Shown here: piece after piece, positions 8,769 to 17,937 of the stretch
Position numbering within the stretch: the first letter of the stretch is position 1
How the letters are laid out: each line of letters starts with the position of its first letter
Assembly: GCA_038062795.1 (NCBI GenBank)
Contig: JBBTWM010000033.1
Span: 5,615 to 69,614 of the forward strand
Length of the DNA: 64,000 nt
Reading direction: 5' to 3'
From: Patescibacteria group bacterium
Lineage (GTDB): Bacteria > Patescibacteriota > Microgenomatia > UBA10105 > UBA927
The notes under the pieces: model-generated
Seen by the model: the letters and a program-made list of their open reading frames with translations, nothing else
Database searches by the model: none
What the model was told of the DNA's origin: nothing
Position numbers and translations under genes: made by a program

Positions 8769-11021
8769 ATGAAGCACCTACGCACATGGGGATGGCTGGC
8801 GGCATTTATTCTTCTGGTTGCAGGATTTTTTTATCAGACAATTTTGTATCAAAAACTTCCCGTGCCATCAGATACGCTGGTCGGGCTGTATCACCCGTGG
8901 CGTGATGCCTTTGCCCGGGATTATCCCCGCGGTATTCCCTTCAAAAATTTTCTTATTACCGATCCGATACGCCAACAAATTCCCTGGAGAAAAATCGTTA
9001 TTGATTCCTGGAAAGCGGGGACGCGTCCGGGATGGAATCCGTATTCGTTTGCCGGCGTGCCGCTCGATGCCAATAACCAGGCGGCCCCGTATTATCCCCT
9101 GAACATATTGTTTTTCCTTTTTGAATTTCCGGTTGCCTGGACACTCCTTATCATGCTCCAGCCGATGCTTGCGGGCACTTTTTTCTATCTCTACGTCAGA
9201 CGCCTTAATATTTCAGCTCTGTCAGCTTTTACCGGAGCGGTTGTGTGGTCGTTTAGCGGGTTTGCTTTATCCTGGCTTACGTGGGGAACAATCATGCATA
9301 CCGCGCTCTGGCTGCCACTGGTGTTGCTTGGTATAGACATGCTTTCGGAACGGAAAAAATCACATGCCTACTATATCCGATGGAGCGCGATACTGTCTTT
9401 CGCCGTTACCATGACCCTGTTGGGGGGACATATACAGGTAGCGGTGTATGTTCTGTTTTTTAGCGCGGTTTATTCCTATAGGAAATGGAAACAGATAACG
9501 GATCGGCCGGTATTCCGGTGGATTCTGATGAGTATCGGAGTAGTGGGCATGATAACCGCGATACAATGGCTTCCATTTGTCCGGTATTTGGCAGAGTCGG
9601 GCCGCGTAGCCGCAGCAGAGTCATGGAAGACTGCCGGATGGTTTTTGCCGTGGCAGCACCTCATACAATTTATCGCTCCGGATTTTTTCGGCAATCCGGC
9701 GACGTTAAATTATTGGGGTGTATGGAATTACGGGGAATTTATAGGCTACATCGGTGCCATACCGTTGTTATTTGCAATCAGTGCTATAGGGGGTGCCGGC
9801 GCGCCGGGTTTTTTTGCGGTAGCTACCGCGGTGAGTTTGATTTTTATGCTACCAAGTCCTTTTAGCAAACTTCCTTTCGAACTCCATATCCCGATTGTAT
9901 CAGTGCTCCAGCCTACCAGGCTTATGGTACTCGTTGATTTTTCATTGGCTGTGTTAGTTTCGTTCGGGATCGATCAGTTACGGAAAGGAAACACAAAGCG
10001 ACTATACAAAAGCATAATTTTCTATGGGATTGGACTTGTTGTGTTGTGGGTTGTCGCATCGGGCGTCCGTTTCGTTTCGCAAAACGGTACTTTATTGGAG
10101 AATTTTGCGGTAGCCAGACGTAATTTAGTCATTCCGACGGCACTTTTTGCCGGAATGATACTTTGGCTGGGTGTTTTTCGGGCGACAAAACTTCTGCGAT
10201 GGCGGCAAGCCTGGGTAGTCGTACTTATTGGCATGGTCGTGTTTGACCTGTTCCGTTTTGGGTGGAAATATACGCCGTTTACACCCCGGGCATATTTTTT
10301 CCCGACAACAAAAATTATTGGTTTTCTCCAAAGCCAAAGCAAACCGTTCCGGGTGATGTCGTTGGACGACCGGATACTTCCTCCCAATGTCAGCGGATAT
10401 TATGGCATAGAGTCGATCGAAGGATATGACCCCATCGCACCACTGCGTTATGAAAATTTCCTCGTGGCAAGCGAGCGGGGTACGTCTGATATTGCCCGGC
10501 CAACCGGGTTTAACCGGATTTATACGGCCCACAATATTGACTCGTTACTTCTGCCGTATTTTAATGTCCGGTTCGTGCTTTCGCTTACGGATATGGATAA
10601 GCCGTTTCTGCGGCTTGTCATGAGAGAGGGGGAGACCCGCGTGTATGAATATACCCGTGTATTGCCCCGTGCCTATTTGGCGGATGCTACCATGGTTTCA
10701 AAAAATCCGACCGACGCGTTATCAATACTTTTTGCAGATACGGATTCATTGCTGGGCGTATATGACGGAAAGCCTGCTCTTATGAATATCCCGCTGTCAG
10801 GGGATGAAACTGTTGAGATTACAGAGTATGCACCCGGTGAAATTCGGCTTAACGTAACAACGATGAGCAGGCGGTTGCTGGTGATTCTTAACCGGTATGA
10901 TAGCCGTTGGTCAGCAATGATAGACGGAAAAGTGCCATCTACCCTATTTCCGGTTAACTACCTCTTTATGGGGCTTGCAGTACCGGGCGGAACGCACGAT
11001 GTAGTATTATCCTATCATTGA
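8769..11021 (+). CDS. YfhO-family membrane protein (paralog 2)
   Basis: QQIPWRK..GWNPYSFAGVP aligns with the 5397 paralog. The ATG at 8769 follows the upstream stop. The 8751 start is a TTG inside the upstream gene. Confidence 0.65.
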   Translation: MKHLRTWGWLAAFILLVAGFFYQTILYQKLPVPSDTLVGLYHPWRDAFARDYPRGIPFKNFLITDPIRQQIPWRKIVIDSWKAGTRPGWNPYSFAGVPLDANNQAAPYYPLNILFFLFEFPVAWTLLIMLQPMLAGTFFYLYVRRLNISALSAFTGAVVWSFSGFALSWLTWGTIMHTALWLPLVLLGIDMLSERKKSHAYYIRWSAILSFAVTMTLLGGHIQVAVYVLFFSAVYSYRKWKQITDRPVFRWILMSIGVVGMITAIQWLPFVRYLAESGRVAAAESWKTAGWFLPWQHLIQFIAPDFFGNPATLNYWGVWNYGEFIGYIGAIPLLFAISAIGGAGAPGFFAVATAVSLIFMLPSPFSKLPFELHIPIVSVLQPTRLMVLVDFSLAVLVSFGIDQLRKGNTKRLYKSIIFYGIGLVVLWVVASGVRFVSQNGTLLENFAVARRNLVIPTALFAGMILWLGVFRATKLLRWRQAWVVVLIGMVVFDLFRFGWKYTPFTPRAYFFPTTKIIGFLQSQSKPFRVMSLDDRILPPNVSGYYGIESIEGYDPIAPLRYENFLVASERGTSDIARPTGFNRIYTAHNIDSLLLPYFNVRFVLSLTDMDKPFLRLVMREGETRVYEYTRVLPRAYLADATMVSKNPTDALSILFADTDSLLGVYDGKPALMNIPLSGDETVEITEYAPGEIRLNVTTMSRRLLVILNRYDSRWSAMIDGKVPSTLFPVNYLFMGLAVPGGTHDVVLSYH

Positions 11022-11036
11022 GGCGTCGTAATTTTT

Positions 11037-11957
11037 ATGAATACGCATTCATTTTCTGTAAGTATTGTGATACCCAACTGGAACGGTAAGCATTTGCTTG
11101 AGAAAAATCTACCTTCAATTTTTGCCGCCGCACCACGGGCCGAAGTCATCCTCGCCGATGATGCCTCGCAAGACGGATCAGTAGCATTGGTGAAAGAAAA
11201 ATATCCGGGTGTCGTCATTGTCGAAAATAAGCACCGAAAGGGTTTTGCCGGCAATGTGAATAGCGGGGTCGCCCGTGCGACAGGGGAAATTGTCGTACTT
11301 CTCAATACCGATGTGCGGCCTGAACGGGGATTTCTTGACCCGCTTCTGTCGCGATTTTCCGACGATCCGATGGTTGCGGGAGTCGGATGCCTCGAAAAGA
11401 GTCATGATCTACATGGAGTCGTGCTTCGGGGCAGGGGCATCGCCCGATGGGAAAAGGGGTACTTTATCCATCGGCGGGGGGATGTAGACTCGAACGATAC
11501 CGCTTGGGTATCAGGTGGAAGTGGCGCCTTCCGTCTGAGCGTATGGAAGAAACTGGGCGGCATGGATACGCTGTATAACCCGTTTTATTGGGAAGATATA
11601 GATTTTTCATATCAATTACTCAAATCGGGATACCGGATTGTGTTTGAAAAGCAAAGTGTGGTCGGGCACTTTCATGAAGAGGGTAAGATAAAAACATCAT
11701 ATTCGCCGGAAGATATTAAACGGATTGCCTATAGAAACCAGTTTATTTTTCTTTGGAAAAATATCTCTGATCCGGATATATGGGTTACCCATCTGTTATG
11801 GACGCCAATACGCCTGTTTCAGGCGTTATTCAACAAGGATTGGCGTATGATTGAAGGATACGGTATGGCGCTGGTTACATTACCTGCTATACTTCTATCC
11901 CGTATGCGGGCCGCAGAGCATTGGTGCCGAAAAGATGCAGTACTGTTCACTTTATAA
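11037..11957 (+). CDS. family 2 glycosyltransferase
   Basis: VSIVIPNWNG...ILADDASQDGS, typical of a GT2_2/rhamnosyltransferase-like enzyme. Confidence 0.75.
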   Translation: MNTHSFSVSIVIPNWNGKHLLEKNLPSIFAAAPRAEVILADDASQDGSVALVKEKYPGVVIVENKHRKGFAGNVNSGVARATGEIVVLLNTDVRPERGFLDPLLSRFSDDPMVAGVGCLEKSHDLHGVVLRGRGIARWEKGYFIHRRGDVDSNDTAWVSGGSGAFRLSVWKKLGGMDTLYNPFYWEDIDFSYQLLKSGYRIVFEKQSVVGHFHEEGKIKTSYSPEDIKRIAYRNQFIFLWKNISDPDIWVTHLLWTPIRLFQALFNKDWRMIEGYGMALVTLPAILLSRMRAAEHWCRKDAVLFTL

Positions 11958-11969
11958 TATTTTCCCCCT

Positions 11970-12833
11970 ATGCGATGCCTCCTTTGCCGGATACCACTAG
12001 AAAAATACCTGCACAAAAACGGATTTTGGATTTACCGGTGTCCCACATGCCATTTGTGTGAAACGGATCTGAAGCGGGAATATACCGCGTTTGTAAAAGA
12101 ATTTTATTCCCGGGGATATTACGAAGGCGATCCGACGCGGAGTGCGTATGCGGATTATGAGCTTGATAAACCGCTCATTGTGCGTAACATGCAGAAATTT
12201 CTTTCGTTTATCGGCAAAATAAAGCCGAAAGGAGTGTTATTAGATGTCGGATGCGCATTCGGGTATGTTGTGGAACTTTCCCTCAAACGTGGCTATGATG
12301 CATACGGCTTTGATCCCTCGACCTTCGCAGCAGGTAAAGCAGGCAAACTGGTCGGTACGGATCGGATTCAGGAAGGAACGATTCAGGATGCCGAGTATCC
12401 GAAAGCAAGCTTTGATGTCATCACGATGTTTGACGTTTTTGAGCACCTGCAGGATCCTTTTGCCGATATGAAGAAGTTGGAGGCGCTTTTGAAACCCGAT
12501 GGAATAATAATTATCGCAACCGGAGATACGCAAAGCACGGCTGCTAAGGTTCTGAAACGGAGATGGACGTTTTTTATTCCGCCGCAGCATATATTCTTTT
12601 TTCACCGGAAAAATGTAACGACGCTCCTCCGGCAAGCAGGGCTGAAACCCATAAAATGGTACAGAGTAGGCAAATGGCTGAGCCTCGGGTATGTGCTGCA
12701 TCTTGCCCGTACTACCGGAGAGAGTCCTATCGCATCCTGGATATATAATCTCATCCGGCATACGCCATTGATGCGCCTTCCGCTGTATATCCCCATGAAA
12801 GACAATATGGTAATCCTCGCGGAAAAACTCTAG
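11970..12833 (+). CDS. class I SAM-dependent methyltransferase with N-terminal CxxC..CxxC zinc-ribbon
   Basis: CLLC...CPTCH at the N-terminus, followed by the LLDVGCAFGY motif I and an acidic motif II. Confidence 0.7.
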   Translation: MRCLLCRIPLEKYLHKNGFWIYRCPTCHLCETDLKREYTAFVKEFYSRGYYEGDPTRSAYADYELDKPLIVRNMQKFLSFIGKIKPKGVLLDVGCAFGYVVELSLKRGYDAYGFDPSTFAAGKAGKLVGTDRIQEGTIQDAEYPKASFDVITMFDVFEHLQDPFADMKKLEALLKPDGIIIIATGDTQSTAAKVLKRRWTFFIPPQHIFFFHRKNVTTLLRQAGLKPIKWYRVGKWLSLGYVLHLARTTGESPIASWIYNLIRHTPLMRLPLYIPMKDNMVILAEKL

Positions 12834-12890
12834 GATGGTCACTCCTATTCTCATTGGGGATACAATTCGTGATAGTATTAAGAAGAATTT

Positions 12891-14600
12891 ATGATTATCT
12901 GGTTGAAACGGCACAGGAAAGCCTTATTTATTTTTTCTCTCCTCCTTGTCCTTTTTGTTACGAACGCATTCCATGAGAAATACCCTGATGAGTTCGATAG
13001 CATCGTCGGCGGCAGATATATCACCGAGGGCAAACTTCCGTACAGAGATTGGTTTCAACATCATCAACCCGGAGCGTATGTCATGGCGGCGGGAGTGCTG
13101 TCGTTTGCAGGCCAGTCGTTTGTAAAATTCCGTATCGGCTGGGAAATCGCGTTATATGCGCTGCTTGTCGGTTCTTATCTGCTGCTTTCCCGTCGGCTTC
13201 CCAAGAGAAATTTGTCCTTCTATGTAGTGCTTTTGTTCGTCATTGGGCTTTCGGGCACGTATTTTTGGGGAAATATGCTGCTTGCGGACACGTTAGCCGG
13301 GTATTTTATCTTGCCTGCTTTTTCGCTCCTGTTCCTTAAAGATTATTATAAAGAGAAGTTTGAGGCGAAAGATCTCATGATCGTCGGCTGGTTTGCATTT
13401 CTTTCATGGTTTACCTCCATGACGTATATATTTATCGTTGCAGCCATATCGGCGTACGCGTTGTATCTTTTTATGGCGACAAATACAAGCAAAAAATTTA
13501 CCGCAAAATTATTTACCGGAGGTGCAATCCTCGCAGCACCTTATATTCTTTTTGCACTATATTTGCTTGTCACCGGAAGCATTCAGGATTATTACTGGGC
13601 AAACGTGGTCTATAACACCAATTATTATATATACAATTATCCGCACGCTCCGGGCACACCGATTAATCCTATTCGATATGCCGCCGTCATTATTGATACC
13701 TTTATCAATAATTACTTACCGGCATTGTGGGGTATCGCGGGGTTTCCGATCAGCAGCCCCGTGCAGGTAACGCTGGCATTTTCCAACGCCGTAGCAATCT
13801 CACTTGTGATGCTTCGTGGCCGCTGGCTCTTCTTGTTTCCTTTGCTTGCGACGCTTATTTTTTCCAACGCCAGAAGCAACCCGCAGTCTATCAGAGAAAC
13901 TGACTACCAGGCGTTCGTTTACATAATAACATCCATGTTTAACGGTCTGTTCTCTCTATGGGTCGTAAAAGAAATGCTGGATGAAGAAAAACTTACGTAT
14001 TCGAAAAAAGCAGCACTGTCCGTTTTATATATCACATTACTTCTTTACTGGATTGCTACGCCGATATATTTTGCTATGAAGATGGAGCAAAAGTTTTTCC
14101 CTAAGTACATGGGGACTGCACCGATAATCTATAACCGACCCCAAATTGCACAGTATGTGAACGCGTTGGTTTCACCTGAGGACTATGTGTTTATCGGCCC
14201 GTTTGATTTTGAGGAATTATTTTACCTCAACACCAAGCGCCAGCCAAGCCGGTATCACTGGTTTTTAAATCACGCCGCGACATCGAAGATAAAAGACGAG
14301 TTGATAGCCGATCTTACGAAGAACCGCCCGAAGGTCATCGTTTTTCAGCGGGGATTTGCCCCGTGGGGCGGGGATGCATCCACGTATAACTGGTGGATGA
14401 CGGATTTTCTTGACGCGAACTACTTCAGGTTGTTTAAACTCAATGAAACCCTGACGGACCGGCAGTACCGGTGGAAACTGGATAATACTATTAATTTTGA
14501 TATAGACGGTACGTTTAATTTCGACAAACAGCACCAGGAAGAAATTCTTGAAAAATTACTAACGCTCGGGTATATCGAAGAGTTACCTAAACAGAAATAG
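12891..14600 (+). CDS. polytopic membrane protein, uncharacterized DE-motif family (family A), putative GT-C
   Basis: N-terminal TM segments with a loop motif DEFDSIVGGRYITEGKLPYRDWFQHHQPG. A paralog at 60939 carries DECINYTAGYFILLGKSLYSQIFFNHQPT. The C-terminal half is soluble. Confidence 0.45.
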   Translation: MIIWLKRHRKALFIFSLLLVLFVTNAFHEKYPDEFDSIVGGRYITEGKLPYRDWFQHHQPGAYVMAAGVLSFAGQSFVKFRIGWEIALYALLVGSYLLLSRRLPKRNLSFYVVLLFVIGLSGTYFWGNMLLADTLAGYFILPAFSLLFLKDYYKEKFEAKDLMIVGWFAFLSWFTSMTYIFIVAAISAYALYLFMATNTSKKFTAKLFTGGAILAAPYILFALYLLVTGSIQDYYWANVVYNTNYYIYNYPHAPGTPINPIRYAAVIIDTFINNYLPALWGIAGFPISSPVQVTLAFSNAVAISLVMLRGRWLFLFPLLATLIFSNARSNPQSIRETDYQAFVYIITSMFNGLFSLWVVKEMLDEEKLTYSKKAALSVLYITLLLYWIATPIYFAMKMEQKFFPKYMGTAPIIYNRPQIAQYVNALVSPEDYVFIGPFDFEELFYLNTKRQPSRYHWFLNHAATSKIKDELIADLTKNRPKVIVFQRGFAPWGGDASTYNWWMTDFLDANYFRLFKLNETLTDRQYRWKLDNTINFDIDGTFNFDKQHQEEILEKLLTLGYIEELPKQK

Positions 14601-14628
14601 AGAACTGCATTACGGGCATGTATTTCCG

Positions 14629-16299
14629 TTATTTAACGGATGCTGCGATAAATACTGCAGGTGCGTGGCGCCCGGAAATAGTATCAATATACCGGTACTG
14701 CTGCTGATTGTGCTCAAATTCCGGACGGGCAAGGATAAAGAGAGTACGCTCCGGCGTTGATACGATCAGTTGTTTGGGGTCGTATGAGGAGTTATAGAGA
14801 AATATATCATTGTTATCCCACTCAGCGCCGGTGAATAGATATTTTCCCCACCCTGACCGGGAACCGCCGCGTTGATAGATAGCAGGATCAACCTTGTTCC
14901 AATAAAGCATAAAAATATACGGGCGCCAGTAATACCCGGAGATAACAACGCGGTCATACAGAGATTCGTGGTTTCTGACGTAGGTAATCATCTGTTCGTA
15001 TCCATCCCCGAATGCCAGCGCATTCCGTGTCGGGTTGACCACAAAGTATGATTGATAGAATGCATAGAGGAAAAATATCAAAAGTAAACCAAACGATACA
15101 ATGCCGTACCATATGCGTTTGCGCGCCTCGATTGATGTCATGATCTCAATGGCTCCGAGTCCTGAACAAATAGAGAAAAACGGTGCTGCCAGCAGTGTAC
15201 GGAGCGCATTCGGCTGATTAGTGCTGAGTGCTCCGGGAAGAAACGCGGCAAGAAACCACATAACGAGCAGCCACTTACCCGGTGCTGCCATGGTGATAAG
15301 AAAAAATGCACCGACAAAAATTAACGGTATTTCAAACGGGTGCTGCAGCCCATAGGTTGAGGTTCCGCTGGAAAATACATGAAGCGGCGAAATATTTTTC
15401 CAGTAATTGTCCAAAGCGGTCATAACCAGGGCTGTTTTTTGGTTAAAGAATACCTTTCGTGTCATGTCGGGATGCTTGGCGTATATGCCGATAAATGTGT
15501 CTTTCCACTTGTAGTAATTCGGATCCCGGATGATACTTACAATGGACACGCGTTCCAGTCCACCCGGCGTGAACATCTGGCTGCCGATTGGTATCAAGGT
15601 TATGACAAAGAGAAAAATTGACAGTAGAACGGTCAATTTGTTTGCCATCAGCTGCTTTTTGTTGATCAGTAGGTACGCGAGTACCACGAATGGGATTACA
15701 AGCCGCACGGAATAGTAAAAATAGACAGAAATGCCCAGCAGCAGAGCGGCAAGCGGCAGAAATCGAATTTTCCGTAACGAAAGAAGCAGTACGTATGTGG
15801 CCAGGCTCAGGAAAAACAGCGCTCCGTTGGATTCAAATAATTGTCTTGAGAAATTGATATGCCACGGCGAAATAGCAAAGAAAAATGCAGAGGCCAATGC
15901 GTAGGCATCAGGGGCATGCATGCGGCGTTTGCCTTCGCTGACAGGATAATTACGGAATAATTCGTATATGAGAAGGTATACCAAAAGAATAGTGAGGGAT
16001 CCCAAAAAGGCAGATGTGAACCGTGCCCCCATAGCAGTAGTCCCGAACACTGCGACTGCGGGTATGGTGCTATAGACCATGCCGGGCAGTTTATAATCAT
16101 CAAACGATTTAAACAGCAGAGGAAAAGGCACCCCGTATTCATCTTTGCCGGTTTTTAAAATTGAATAGGCATTGTAAGTGATGGCGGTTTCGTCGTGAGA
16201 TAGAGATGGAGGAACGGTTGTGATCCGGTAAAATCGTAATACTGTTCCCAATGCAATAATGGCCAGGAGAAATAGATAGGTGAGATGTATCCGTTTCAT
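14629..16299 (-). CDS. GT39/PMT_2-like (ArnT/PMT-type) membrane glycosyltransferase
   Basis: LRFYRITTVPPSLSHDETAITYNAYSILKTGKDEYG. The DE loop-1 motif and overall topology fit a GT-C. Five paralogs are present in the window. Confidence 0.7.
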   Translation of the reverse strand: MKRIHLTYLFLLAIIALGTVLRFYRITTVPPSLSHDETAITYNAYSILKTGKDEYGVPFPLLFKSFDDYKLPGMVYSTIPAVAVFGTTAMGARFTSAFLGSLTILLVYLLIYELFRNYPVSEGKRRMHAPDAYALASAFFFAISPWHINFSRQLFESNGALFFLSLATYVLLLSLRKIRFLPLAALLLGISVYFYYSVRLVIPFVVLAYLLINKKQLMANKLTVLLSIFLFVITLIPIGSQMFTPGGLERVSIVSIIRDPNYYKWKDTFIGIYAKHPDMTRKVFFNQKTALVMTALDNYWKNISPLHVFSSGTSTYGLQHPFEIPLIFVGAFFLITMAAPGKWLLVMWFLAAFLPGALSTNQPNALRTLLAAPFFSICSGLGAIEIMTSIEARKRIWYGIVSFGLLLIFFLYAFYQSYFVVNPTRNALAFGDGYEQMITYVRNHESLYDRVVISGYYWRPYIFMLYWNKVDPAIYQRGGSRSGWGKYLFTGAEWDNNDIFLYNSSYDPKQLIVSTPERTLFILARPEFEHNQQQYRYIDTISGRHAPAVFIAASVK

Positions 16300-16302
16300 A
16301 GA

Positions 16303-17937
16303 TTATTTGTCTGTATCTACAACTACAAATTCCGTTGTTTCGTCCGGCAGTCTGATCGTTGAGATTATTTTTGGCTCAAGTCCCCTGGGTAGCTCTTCGG
16401 AGCGTGCTATGAGCAGCGTATTACGGCGGGCAAGATCCTGATTCCAGTCGATAGCCCTAAATGAAAATCTTCCGAAACCGGCAACGTCGGTAAATCCGTC
16501 GTTTGATATGGGATACCGTACCGCTTCTGCTTGGTAATCCCCGGGTGCATAAGCGCTATAGAAAAGCAGAAAGATGTATGGTGATTGTTGCGGGTAGGTC
16601 ATGATGACCTTTTTTGGTGTATGTTCCGGAGTAAAAAGTAGAGGAACTAATTTTTTGTATGCATATCCCCAGTTGACCGCTTCGTTTTTCGGAAAGTGCG
16701 TAAAGTACAGATCGAGATAATAACTTAAGGAAGCAAGGTAGCCCAGTATCAGTATTGCCGCGATGATCTTTTTGGCTTTTGCGCCGCTATTCGCGTAAAG
16801 CATCCTGATGCCTGCCGCTATGGTTATAGCAAGAGCAGGGACGACTGCGAGCATGCGGTTGCTGTGGGGTGCATCCTTGGTGATGGCCGCAGCAATCCCG
16901 CCAATAGCAATCCACCAGAGAATAAATTTTACTTCTTTTTTCCTGAACAAACCGATGAGGTAGGTTACCCCAAGGACAAGAAGCAAAGCGTCGACCGGAT
17001 GCAGGTTGCCGAAGCCTTGGATGTTATGTGCTTTATTTCCTCCTCCCTTGATAAAGAGAAAGTCCGGCCCGTACGATTTGAGATAGTTTTGGAATACGGT
17101 TGTTATCGTATAGGTTAGCCGGTTATGGACAAGACGAGCCGTGAGTGAATTGGGATTATCATGGGCGAGTCTGGGAAGTTCAATTTGATTATGCACAACT
17201 GTGGGGTCGCCGAAAATGCTGATGCCGCCGATTTTGGTGTGGTCGGCCGTAAATGTCACGGTAAGAATGATGAGTGTGATGAGCGCTCCCAAGCCAACGG
17301 CGGTCCACCACCTGGGGATTTTTGTAATATCATCGCGGTATATTCCGGCAAGACCTAATACCAGCAACGAAGTAAATACATGATTGCCATGATAGGTATA
17401 GTACGTCGCAGCAAACAAAACAGCAGAAAATATAAGATTGCGTAATGATTTTTTCTTCAGGGCGCTCAGAAAATATACGGATCCCATGATGGTAAAAAAG
17501 ACGGCAACAATTGCTTCCGACTCTACGCGGGAGATGTGGATGTGCCAGGGCATAAGGGCAAGCGAGAGCGCGCTAAGCAACGCGATAGTTTCTGAAGCAA
17601 ATACTATATGAGCCAGAAAATATATGGCGGCAACCGAAGCAACACCGGCAAGCGCGGAAGGAAGGCGAACCGCCAACTCCGAAAGCCCGAAAATTTTTAC
17701 GAATGGAATCGTCGTATAGATGTAGAGCGGCAATTTCCAGTCTCCGAACGATTCGAAAGACAGTGGAAGCAGTTTCCCGTATTCGTCGCGTCCCGTCGTC
17801 ATAAGGGAGTATGCCGTCACTCCGATAGACGCTTCGTCCCGGTTAACACCGGGCGGGACGTCGGTCAGACGATACAATCTGAGCATCGCGGCCACCGTTA
17901 CAATACCGATTAACAATAATTTGGTTTGCCTGCTCAT
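16303..17937 (-). CDS. GT39/PMT_2-like membrane glycosyltransferase (paralog)
   Basis: LRLYRLTDVPPGVNRDEASIGVTAYSLMTTGRDEYG. Only 3 nt separate it from the paralog at 14629. Confidence 0.7.
   Translation of the reverse strand: MSRQTKLLLIGIVTVAAMLRLYRLTDVPPGVNRDEASIGVTAYSLMTTGRDEYGKLLPLSFESFGDWKLPLYIYTTIPFVKIFGLSELAVRLPSALAGVASVAAIYFLAHIVFASETIALLSALSLALMPWHIHISRVESEAIVAVFFTIMGSVYFLSALKKKSLRNLIFSAVLFAATYYTYHGNHVFTSLLVLGLAGIYRDDITKIPRWWTAVGLGALITLIILTVTFTADHTKIGGISIFGDPTVVHNQIELPRLAHDNPNSLTARLVHNRLTYTITTVFQNYLKSYGPDFLFIKGGGNKAHNIQGFGNLHPVDALLLVLGVTYLIGLFRKKEVKFILWWIAIGGIAAAITKDAPHSNRMLAVVPALAITIAAGIRMLYANSGAKAKKIIAAILILGYLASLSYYLDLYFTHFPKNEAVNWGYAYKKLVPLLFTPEHTPKKVIMTYPQQSPYIFLLFYSAYAPGDYQAEAVRYPISNDGFTDVAGFGRFSFRAIDWNQDLARRNTLLIARSEELPRGLEPKIISTIRLPDETTEFVVVDTDK

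Noticed and set aside
12240-12914. 224-aa ORF on the minus strand
   Set aside because: It is entirely antisense to the well-supported methyltransferase gene at 11970-12833, has no recognizable domain, and has an odd composition. It is probably a spurious shadow ORF.
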